Virus record (IMG/VR): IMGVR_UViG_3300020437_000004
Span: 1-64,000 of that record
DNA: 64,000 nt
Reading direction: 5' to 3' (one strand)
DNA from: a virus
Shown here: positions 16,855-26,200 of the stretch, piece after piece
Numbering within the stretch: position 1 is the first letter of the stretch
How the letters are laid out: the number at the start of each line of letters is the position of its first letter
Notes under the pieces: model-generated
Database searches by the model: none
What the model saw: the letters and a program-made list of their open reading frames with translations, nothing else
Told to the model about the DNA's origin: nothing
Position numbers and translations under genes: made by a program

Positions 16855-18313
16855 ACAATGTCCTATTGTAATAATCTAACGGATTGACTCCTAGTCTAGC
16901 ATGATTCCACTCGTGTGTCCAACTGTTGAGGTGTGAGTCCTCAGGAATTCCACCATGAAATAGGATCTCACTTTCAATAACATCAGTAAATGGATTCCAT
17001 CCATGACCTGCCATCACACAATAGAGTGAGTCTCCATCAGCATTTTGCCAATTTAGTTTATTACCAAAATTATGTGACTCCTCTAGCATTGTGATCTTCG
17101 CTGCCTCAATCATATTACCATCAGGATATCTTATTTGCGATACCGCTTTCCAGTAATCTGAGTCATGACGCTGTGTAAGAGCATAATGAAGAGCAACAAA
17201 AGAAGCAAAACCATCGAATGCAAATGCTACTGCCTTGTTATATGTATCCCTCATCATTTGAGTGGTGTGCGGTTTCCACATCCTACAGAATTTGAGTAGG
17301 AATTCATGCACCGACAACAATCCATTAGATTCTAATGGTTCGATGAAACCACCAGACAATCCAATAGACACCACATTACCACACCATATCTCTTTCTTTC
17401 TTCCTGTCTTAAAATGTATCTTTCTAAACTCTTCAGTATCATATTTAAGGAAAGATGCAAACTCTTTTAGTGCACTTTGATGATCCTGATACTTACTAGA
17501 GAATACATATCCCGTCCCAATACGGGCAAATGTGGGCACTGTCCAGACCCAACCACTACTCAATGCTGTGCACTGTGTATATGATTTTAATTCCTCTTGT
17601 TTATCTTTATATTCTAAACGTGTGACCCATGCTGTATCATTTGGCAACCAGTCACTATAATCTAACCACTCAGAATTGTTGAGTAGAGATGTAAATCCTG
17701 TGCAATCAAAATATAAATCTGCTTCGTGTTGTTTCTCATCTATCCACAGATATTTTATATCGTCTCCTACCCTCTCAAAATCATCTACTGTGCCAATAAT
17801 ACGCTTGACACTCTGGCATTTATTGTCTCGTAACCACTCAGCGAATTTTACAGCATCAAAGTGAAATCCAGTATTCTTTTTGATTTTAAAATTAGGATCC
17901 TTGATAGGTAACAGGTTATGCTCTGCACATTCTGCTGCTATCCAATAATCTCTGGCAAATTTATCATTACTCCATCCTTTCTTATATTGATTCCAAAACC
18001 AGACATCAGGGTGTGCCAAATTATAATTTGGCGATCCAAATGGATATTGCCATGGTGTGTCGTCCACATCATGAAAATTACTAAATCTTACACTAATCTT
18101 ATATGTGGCATCACATGCCACCATCCAGTCCTCATCTTTGAGTCCTACATAATCTGCCCAGATCCTAAAATACTGAGTCGTAGACTCTCCTACACCCACA
18201 GGGGGTTTACTAGGTGACTCTACGACTGTGATGTCTGCGTCTGGAAATTTTGTCAGCATTGTGGTTGCTGTCATCCAACCAGATGACCCACCACCAATAA
18301 TATAAATTTTCAT
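16844..18313 (-). CDS. flavin-dependent halogenase (tryptophan halogenase family)
   Basis: GGGSSGW, VGVGESTT, ATYK, WVWTVP, FIEPLESNG. Confidence 0.9.
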   Translation of the reverse strand: MKIYIIGGGSSGWMTATTMLTKFPDADITVVESPSKPPVGVGESTTQYFRIWADYVGLKDEDWMVACDATYKISVRFSNFHDVDDTPWQYPFGSPNYNLAHPDVWFWNQYKKGWSNDKFARDYWIAAECAEHNLLPIKDPNFKIKKNTGFHFDAVKFAEWLRDNKCQSVKRIIGTVDDFERVGDDIKYLWIDEKQHEADLYFDCTGFTSLLNNSEWLDYSDWLPNDTAWVTRLEYKDKQEELKSYTQCTALSSGWVWTVPTFARIGTGYVFSSKYQDHQSALKEFASFLKYDTEEFRKIHFKTGRKKEIWCGNVVSIGLSGGFIEPLESNGLLSVHEFLLKFCRMWKPHTTQMMRDTYNKAVAFAFDGFASFVALHYALTQRHDSDYWKAVSQIRYPDGNMIEAAKITMLEESHNFGNKLNWQNADGDSLYCVMAGHGWNPFTDVIESEILFHGGIPEDSHLNSWTHEWNHARLGVNPLDYYNRTLYAV

Positions 18314-18331
18314 ACTATAAATTATAGCACA

Positions 18332-18739
18332 TTAACTAGGATATGGCTCCCATGCCATACGTCCTTCTACTTGAATTTTCTTAACATCCTCTGTGAATGC
18401 AGGTGCACTACTTGGACTAGGCACGTTTGCTTTTACTGCTGCAACATGATCTTTAAATCTTGTGCCACCATCTAGTTGGTCTTTGTAAATCATGTCCAAC
18501 TGCTCACCCACAGAACCATAGGCAATCGTGCGTGCAACAAGGTATGCTTCTGCCTGATTTTCTAGCTCTGCTCTTGGGTAGATAACACCATTAACCATAC
18601 GGTGCTCGTTGGTTGTGTCGTCAGGGACTTCCATCCACTTCATAGTAGCATCAGCACCATCGTAGATTTGAAACTCGTCACCGTCTTCACAAATGTCGGT
18701 GATCATTCCAGACTCACCGTGGATAATTGCTTTTTTCAT
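18332..18739 (-). CDS. putative tail-fibre assembly/chaperone-like protein
   Basis: AYGSVGEQLDMIYKD...HVAAVKA motif, typical of small genes next to phage fibre genes. Confidence 0.5.
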   Translation of the reverse strand: MKKAIIHGESGMITDICEDGDEFQIYDGADATMKWMEVPDDTTNEHRMVNGVIYPRAELENQAEAYLVARTIAYGSVGEQLDMIYKDQLDGGTRFKDHVAAVKANVPSPSSAPAFTEDVKKIQVEGRMAWEPYPS

Positions 18740-18762
18740 TGGTTTTCTGAAAGAATCTTAGT

Positions 18763-18769
18763 TATTTAG
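18763..18769 (-). promoter_or_regulatory. T4-type late promoter (CTAAATA)
   Basis: 24 nt upstream of the 18739 start; nearest obvious promoter upstream of the halogenases. Confidence 0.6.
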
Positions 18770-19575
18770 CCATAATATTCGTGGACTACCACAACACCTA
18801 CACGTCCAGATGCACCTCTGTTACTGTGCTGTGATCCATTACCACCTGCTCCCCATGCACTATGACCTTCGTGTCTATGAGAATAGTTACTTTGTCTGTG
18901 TGAGCTGGGTTGCGATCCACCATAGTATGATCTACCACCTGAGTGGTTACCATATGAGTGATGAGATCCATGACCATTACCTCCACCACCGTGGACGTTT
19001 AGGTTACCACCTGAGCCGTTACCTCCATATCCACCTGAGTGTTGTTGAGAGCAGTTTGCACCAACTCCACCACCTGCTGAGCAGTAACCACCAAAACTAG
19101 ATGAGTTACCGTTACCTCCACAACCTGAGTAGTTTGTGCCACCACCAGGATTTCCTACTGTAACAGATACTGAGCTGACATTCTGCACGTCAATAACTCT
19201 TTGTGACATACCACCTGCACCACCTGCTTCGGTATATCCTGACCCTCCACCACCTGCACCAACAACGGTGACCATGATAGATTTACAGTCACTAGGTCTT
19301 GTCCATGTGCCATTAGATGTCCACACCTGCACAGCTCTAAAACCTGATACTGCAGACGCTTCAACCCATGACAGGTTTGTGCCATCGGTCTGTAGGAATC
19401 TACCTGACTGACCTGACTGGTTAGGGATAATATACTTTGATGATCCAGTAACGTTACCGTTAATAGTAATGTTACCCACAATCAGAGTCGCATTGGCAGT
19501 AATACCACCAGTGGTCAAAGTGAAACCCGAGATGCCTGCAAGGTCTTTTACATTTGTAACTCTAAGTGTGCTCAT
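18766..19575 (-). CDS. glycine-rich, His-rich virion fibre/adhesin-like protein (paralogue A)
   Basis: Polyglycine motifs, MSTLRVT-type N-terminus, late promoter ATAAATA at 19604-19610. Confidence 0.7.
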   Translation of the reverse strand: MSTLRVTNVKDLAGISGFTLTTGGITANATLIVGNITINGNVTGSSKYIIPNQSGQSGRFLQTDGTNLSWVEASAVSGFRAVQVWTSNGTWTRPSDCKSIMVTVVGAGGGGSGYTEAGGAGGMSQRVIDVQNVSSVSVTVGNPGGGTNYSGCGGNGNSSSFGGYCSAGGGVGANCSQQHSGGYGGNGSGGNLNVHGGGGNGHGSHHSYGNHSGGRSYYGGSQPSSHRQSNYSHRHEGHSAWGAGGNGSQHSNRGASGRVGVVVVHEYYG

Positions 19576-21161
19576 CTGAAATACAACTCCACCCTTGCTG
19601 ATCTATTTATTCCGTTACGGTTCTGGCAACAGTTGATACGGTCTCCTGCTGAGTAGTTACCAAAGTTACCAGTCATACCAATACCACCTGATACGTCATC
19701 AGAGTTCATGTCTGCTTCTGGATAACCACCAGACCCACCACCGTTTTCATTCCATCCAAATCCCCAACGTGTGCGTGCCCAACCACCATTGTTTCTGTAG
19801 TTGAATCCGTAGAATCTAACGTGTGACTGACCAGAGAAATTACCAATACCACAGAATTCGTTGGCATTAGACTTATAGAATCTATCTACCTGATTCCAGA
19901 AGTTGATAGGCTCAATCCTACCACCTCTACCATATCCTGTGTTGAAATCTGTTTCAAACCATGTCCATCCTCTGTTACTACTAGGGACGCATCCTCCGTT
20001 ACCAATATCTGGCCAAATTGCCATGATATCCTTGGCACGGAATCTATTCATAACTTCAAACTTAGCATCACCATCGTTGGTGTTTGTTGATCCTGTGTTG
20101 AGAGTATTGTTAGATGTCCAGTAACTAGATCCCCAGTTAAATGTGGTGCCACGAGTTGCTTTCATACCCATCATCCAACCACCACCTAACCATCTATTAT
20201 CCATCAAACAATAGATTTGGGTTGCTCCTACGCCAGGTAAGTTAATCCAATAAACTCCATCACCTGCACCAGGATTTCTAATCTTGATTTCCTCTGCAGA
20301 TTCTGCAGGGTTACCAGATGATTGACCATAAGAAGTATCGGGCGATGTTGGGCGTCCATAGAATTCATGGACTACGACAACACCTTGTCTACCACTAGCA
20401 CCTCTGTTACCGTGCTGTGATCCGTTACCACCTGCACCCCACGCTGAGTGCCCTTCATGTCTGTGACTGTAGTTACCTTGTCTGTGAGAAGACGGTTGTG
20501 ATCCACCGTAGTAACTTGCTCCTCCTGCATGGTTTCCATAAGAGTGATGAGATCCGTGGGCGTTTCCTCCTCCACCAAATACGTTTAGTGTACCACCAAT
20601 ACCTTCTCCTCCTAATCCACCTTCGTGCTGCTGAATACAATTCGATCCTCCTCCACCTCCACCAGTGACATAGGAGCCGAAACTTGAAGAGTTGCCGTTT
20701 CCACCACATCCTGCGTAATTTGTACCTCCGCCAGGATTTCCTACTGTAACTGATACAGATGTTACGTTGTTTACATCAATGACACGTTGAGACATTCCGC
20801 CTGCCCCACCTGCCTCACAATAACCAGATCCACCACCGCCTGCTCCGACGGCTGTAACCATAATACTTGTGCAGTCAGACGGTCTATTCCATGTGCCGTT
20901 TCCTGTCCACACTTGCATACTTCTAATACCTGCAAGACCTGCTGCTTCAACCCATGAGAGTTGACTACCATCAGTCTGCAAGAGTTTGCCTGCATTACCT
21001 GCCTGCCTTGGGATAATATGATCAGAGTTACCAGAGATAGCTCCGTTAATTACAATATTACCTACAACCAACGGAAGTGTTGCTGTAACACCACCATTAG
21101 ATAGAGAGAATCCACCTGTGTCGGTTAGATCATTAATTGAAGATACTTTTAAAAGACTCAT
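19572..21161 (-). CDS. glycine-rich fibre protein with C-terminal fibrinogen-like domain (paralogue B)
   Basis: Same Gly/His domain, followed by DGVYWI...IYCLMD...GGGW (fibrinogen C-terminal domain signature). Confidence 0.7.
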   Translation of the reverse strand: MSLLKVSSINDLTDTGGFSLSNGGVTATLPLVVGNIVINGAISGNSDHIIPRQAGNAGKLLQTDGSQLSWVEAAGLAGIRSMQVWTGNGTWNRPSDCTSIMVTAVGAGGGGSGYCEAGGAGGMSQRVIDVNNVTSVSVTVGNPGGGTNYAGCGGNGNSSSFGSYVTGGGGGGSNCIQQHEGGLGGEGIGGTLNVFGGGGNAHGSHHSYGNHAGGASYYGGSQPSSHRQGNYSHRHEGHSAWGAGGNGSQHGNRGASGRQGVVVVHEFYGRPTSPDTSYGQSSGNPAESAEEIKIRNPGAGDGVYWINLPGVGATQIYCLMDNRWLGGGWMMGMKATRGTTFNWGSSYWTSNNTLNTGSTNTNDGDAKFEVMNRFRAKDIMAIWPDIGNGGCVPSSNRGWTWFETDFNTGYGRGGRIEPINFWNQVDRFYKSNANEFCGIGNFSGQSHVRFYGFNYRNNGGWARTRWGFGWNENGGGSGGYPEADMNSDDVSGGIGMTGNFGNYSAGDRINCCQNRNGINRSARVELYFR

Positions 21162-21164
21162 TAG

Positions 21165-21974
21165 TTAACCCCAGAATTCGTGCACAACAACAATACCCTC
21201 ACGACCTCGGGCACCCCTGTTACTATGTCGAGATCCGTTTCCACCAGATCCCCATGCTGCATGTAGCTCATGTCTGTGTGACCAGTTTACTTGGTTATGA
21301 CCTGCAGGTTGTCCACCACCGTAGTAACTAACACCTGATGCATAGTTACCATAAGAGTGATGACTACCATGACCATTACCCCCGCCACCATGCACGTTTA
21401 GTTGTCCACCACTACCGTTACCACCATAACCACCTGCGTGCTGCTGTGAGCAGTTAGCTCCTACACCACCAGATGCACTACAATATCCACCGAATGATGA
21501 GGTATTACCATTACCACCACAACCTGAGTAGTTAGTACCTCCACCAGGATTACCTACTGTGACAGATACAGATGAAACGTTAGTCACATCAACTTGGCGT
21601 TGTGACATACCACCTGCACCACCAGATTCTGTATATCCTGATCCACCGCCACCTGCACCAACACATGTGACCATGATGTTTTTACATCCCTCTGGTCTAT
21701 TCCATGTGCCATTAGCAGTGAATACTTCCATTGATCTGATACCAGATCTAGTTGTTAATGATGACCAAGAAGGTGTTGATCCATTAGTGGTTAGAAACTT
21801 ACCACCTTGCCCTCCTTGTGAAGGTACAACGTAGTTTGATGATCCACCAATAGTGCCGTTGATAACAAGGTCACTAACAGTTAAAGTACCATTGATCGAA
21901 ATGGTAGTATTGGTGATACTAAAACCATTAACACCAGAGGTATCTTGAATTGTATTAACTCTTAGTAGTGCCAT
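21165..21974 (-). CDS. glycine-rich, His-rich virion fibre/adhesin-like protein (paralogue C)
   Basis: 269 aa, same length as and collinear with paralogue A; late promoter CTAAATA at 22020-22026. Confidence 0.7.
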   Translation of the reverse strand: MALLRVNTIQDTSGVNGFSITNTTISINGTLTVSDLVINGTIGGSSNYVVPSQGGQGGKFLTTNGSTPSWSSLTTRSGIRSMEVFTANGTWNRPEGCKNIMVTCVGAGGGGSGYTESGGAGGMSQRQVDVTNVSSVSVTVGNPGGGTNYSGCGGNGNTSSFGGYCSASGGVGANCSQQHAGGYGGNGSGGQLNVHGGGGNGHGSHHSYGNYASGVSYYGGGQPAGHNQVNWSHRHELHAAWGSGGNGSRHSNRGARGREGIVVVHEFWG

Positions 21975-21975
21975 G

Positions 21976-22311
21976 TTAATTCACAAACGGTTTAAGTGCT
22001 TCGTAGAAAGACCCAGTATTATTTAGCTTACCTTCATCTATGTCTTTCCATAGTTTTTCTAGTAATTGAGCATTAGTCGGGCGATATTTAGCAACATCAA
22101 AAGTCAAATCCTTGACTTTATTCAAGATCAATACTGGATCATATTCTCTATTATCGCTAAATGTAATGTTGTATGGATCAATATTTGTCAATACATAACC
22201 TGCACCAGGATATACTGCCTCAATCGCCTCTTTGAGCACAACTTCATCCTCAGGGATAGTTTGCTTATCCCTTACACGGTCTAGGAATTTTCTCCAATCT
22301 GATTCAATCAT
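21976..22311 (-). CDS. putative fibre assembly/chaperone-like protein
   Basis: YRPTNAQLLEKLWKDID motif resembling 18332..18739. Confidence 0.45.
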   Translation of the reverse strand: MIESDWRKFLDRVRDKQTIPEDEVVLKEAIEAVYPGAGYVLTNIDPYNITFSDNREYDPVLILNKVKDLTFDVAKYRPTNAQLLEKLWKDIDEGKLNNTGSFYEALKPFVN

Positions 22312-23213
22312 TAGTTACCTCTGACCTCCAAAGCCATTAGTGTGCTGACACTTCTCATGTCATTGCTACCTCTATCATTTATGTAGAGATCTCTTACTGA
22401 CCCACTCCATGATGCAGACGCCCCAACAGTGTATGTGACAGCGTTTGTGGTGCCAGGTGTGTCATGATAGTGCACTGGCCACGAATACATGTGGTCACTG
22501 GTGTCGTCACCAGTATATGTAGTAGCAACAGATCCACTACCAACGTTGTTGTTTCCGCTTAGTCCACTAGTGATTAGGTTACCATCACGGAAGAAACCAA
22601 ATGATGTAACATGTCTAGCGTTACCTGTAATCATTGCAATCAATACAATCTTAGAGTTTGTATGTGTAGGTGCAATGGATACCTCTAAGTCAGGTATCTG
22701 AGTTAAGTTGTTATCTCTAATCAAATAACGATTAGGGGGTGTTGATGCAAACTTTGCCTGCACAACCTCACCCTCTTTTAGGTCATTCTCCTCTCCACCA
22801 AGAATAAACCATGTTGCATTATTTTCAACAGTAACAGTATTACCACTAGCAATTTCCACAGGACCTGCAGTGAAACCGTTAGTAAATTCTACTCCTCCGT
22901 TTGCAATAGGTCCTACAGTGATATTCTCACCGATTGTAGGTCCATTTGTACGAATGATAGAGTCTTCACCTACGGCAGGACCTCCACCACCCACGTCATC
23001 CCAACCTGGCACACCTGCTGCAGCATCTTGTAAATAGATTTGTGCCATATCTTCGGTGGTATTATACACCAAAGTACCATAGGCAGGTGTCCCAAGACCA
23101 TTAATTGCAGTTTGAGTAAGAGCAGGCAGGTTGATCTGCTCTGTCACAGTTAGAGCAGTAATAATTGCTCTTGTGGCAGCGTCAATCTGATTACCATTAA
23201 TCTTAGTAGACAT
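22311..23213 (-). CDS. virion structural protein (fibre-related)
   Basis: 300 aa, Thr/Gly-rich beta-strand C-terminus; late promoter CTAAATA at 23234-23240. Confidence 0.65.
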   Translation of the reverse strand: MSTKINGNQIDAATRAIITALTVTEQINLPALTQTAINGLGTPAYGTLVYNTTEDMAQIYLQDAAAGVPGWDDVGGGGPAVGEDSIIRTNGPTIGENITVGPIANGGVEFTNGFTAGPVEIASGNTVTVENNATWFILGGEENDLKEGEVVQAKFASTPPNRYLIRDNNLTQIPDLEVSIAPTHTNSKIVLIAMITGNARHVTSFGFFRDGNLITSGLSGNNNVGSGSVATTYTGDDTSDHMYSWPVHYHDTPGTTNAVTYTVGASASWSGSVRDLYINDRGSNDMRSVSTLMALEVRGN

Positions 23214-23235
23214 CTACTTCCTCTTGATATTTTAT

Positions 23236-26200
23236 TTAGATAACCAACTCTCTTACATGGATAGTGTCACCTGTTTGTGGCACTGTGCCAATAGAGAAAT
23301 CAACAGAGTTTCCACTCACTTGATAGTCAACACCAGGCACCTGACATACTCCATTTAGGAATACTAATAGAGAGTAAGATGTATGGTTAGGGGAGATAGC
23401 GAAGGTTGCAGTTGCTCCATCACCATTGTATGTGGTGCCGTTGTTGCTGTTAGCAAGACCAGTAGCAAGTGTATACTTATCGGCAGCACCGTAGTATCCA
23501 GTTACTTCTAGGTTACCTTCAACATGGAAGTTACCTCCAATCTTCATTCTATTTGTAGCGTCAGGTGCTATACCAACACCATAGTGTGTAACGCCACTAT
23601 AACGATTAGATGTGATAGGCGTAGTATCACTCAATCCAAACTTATACCATGTGCCTGCATCATAAATCCAACCAAGTGCTTGACCTGGTTGCCAATCAAT
23701 GTTGTAACACATGTCTCCTGTGTTGAATGCAGAATCTGCCTGTGTAACAGGAAGTCCAGATCCGTCATCCTCAGCAAGGAATGTCTTTCTCAGCACCGTG
23801 CCATCGTCGTTAGAGTATGTAAACTCTAGTGACTGGATCTCATCCTGTGATGTAACTTTCTTCTGGAAAGTAACAGGACCTGAGAATACTGATTCCAACT
23901 GGTTAGATGCACCACCAATAACAGTTAGTTTATCAGTCAGCACCAATTCAGAGAATGTCTCAATCGTTGTGCCTTCCTCACCCAACACGTTAAGTTGTGC
24001 AATATCTTCGTTAGTGATCTGACCTGTAACTGGGTTAATAACCTGGTTACCAACAAACAACTCACCATCACTGTTAACACCTGAGTAGTATGCAACACCT
24101 GCTGATTCTTTGAGTGACTGTGACAATCTAACCTGAGCAGGTGACAACACTTCCACCTGTGTAGATGGGAATGCAGTTGAATAGTTACCTGGTCCGAAAC
24201 CAAGGTATTCAAACGTGTGACCTGACGCTCTAAGGATAGAGTATCTTCTCAGCTCAACCAGTAGCGGTTGCACGCTGCTATCAGCGTTAAGTTTCAGAGG
24301 AATCTTTCTTTCCTCTGCATCACCCAGACGTGCAGTAACTGAGATACCATTCAACACGTTAGATGCTGTAGTATATCCTAAGTTATTTTGTGACTCCTGT
24401 AGATAATACTGTGTAGTCTCTTTTGTGATAGAGAGCTGAGTATTCTCATTTGGTGTAGGAGATGCACCGTCAGTTGTCTTCACTAGACCCAACACTTCAT
24501 TATCTGCAACAGAGATAGATGCTGCAGGGTCTGCAACAGGATTGTCTCTGTCAAATGCAGGGTAGAGATCAACTGTTTGTTGAGAGAAGTTGAATTCGTT
24601 GAAGTTAGTTGTTGTTGGGCTAACTGAAGCATTAAGAAGAGTCAGATAGTATACACCATCTGTGACACCTCTTTCAAACTCTTGATATGTCTCGACTGCA
24701 TAGATGTAATATGTCCGTGAGTATGCAGGAGAGTTAGTCTCGGAAGATCTGGGCTGAATAACGAAACCAGTAATCGGTGTCCTAGGCACTGGGAATGCGT
24801 CTTTATCAAGGACGTAACGATAACGATAGATTCTGTCAACAAGGTTTCTAGCATCAGGCACCCTACGGATGAATGTAGTAGGTGTGAATCCGAGGTTTTG
24901 ATATGTTGTATTAGACTGTAGTGTAGTATAAATTGTATTCTGACTACCATCTACTTGGATATACCAGTTGCTTTGCACGCTATCCCACTTGAGAGGAGAG
25001 TCATCATCACCAGGTGATGTGCCTGTTACAGTAGGACCTGAAGGTGTAATCTCTGCGTAGTGTGTAGTTGGCTCAGATGCACCAGATGCAACCAGTAGCA
25101 CATAAACTCTATCTGGGGTGTTTACGTCGTCTCTTCTAGCACCAACTGTATAGCCTTGGACTTTTGAAGGTGGTTTGCCAGTTTCTACGGAGTAACCATA
25201 TAGGAATAGTTTTGTAGGATCTGCTGCTGCTCTAGTCTTATTAATATCAATGGTCACCCAGTTAACTGAGATCTCTTCAACATCTGATAGTCCTTTTGGT
25301 GGGATAACGTGAGTTATTTGCCCAGCCTTGTCTTTTGTAAAACTTGCCGACTTAAATCCTGTTGATCTAAGTGAAGTATTTCCGAAGTTACTGTTACTAT
25401 TAGTGATAGAAAGGTCGCCACCACTATTGCTAAAGAAATGATCGCCAAATCCCACAGCGAAAACAGAAACGACTTGAATGAAAGCGTCGTTGGATGCTTT
25501 GATATGGCAGTTACGCCATCCTTTACGGTATTTTGCCAGTCCATTAATATGTGCTCCACTACCTGCTGCTTGTGCTTCATATTGTCCTGTTGTTGGATTA
25601 TATAAAACAAATGCTCTATCGTCTTTTTGTAGAGAGATACCTGTAAACTGTGCCACAACCATGGATTTGAAACCAGTTGCCTCGGCACCATCAGCGTGCA
25701 TACCATTGATACCCCAAACTGATCTTAGCGAGCAGTTGAATACATATGGAGATGCAGAGTCAACAGTATCAATCTCAACTTTAACAAGGACGTTACTACC
25801 AATAGCATTACCAGATGGCTCAGCACTCATCTGATAAGTAAACTGGTTACCTTGTGCAGACGTAACAAAGAATGATCCATTATACAATAACTGATCCTGC
25901 TCAGTAGGACCTGTTACACCAGAAATATTAACAGCAACACCAACAGAGAAACCGTGGTTTTTGGGGTTACCCAATTCATCCACGGTAAATGCAGTAGCAG
26001 TCTGTCCGTTTCTAATGATCTGTGATACAGCAAATTCATCAGAGATCGGACCTACAATTCTGTTTTCCTCAACTCTTGCCTGTAACTGGTCTTGTGCGAT
26101 AATACCAGATGAGTCGGGGATTGTAGCGTATGCTTTAGAGATCTTCTGATAGTAGAGGTTTAGATCATCTGTATTAGCATACTCAAAACATGTTAGTTTA

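Noticed and set aside
18766-21974. Diversity-generating retroelement (TR/VR pair) among the Gly-rich paralogues
   Set aside because: Differences are synonymous and involve all four bases rather than adenine only, and there is no reverse transcriptase in the window.
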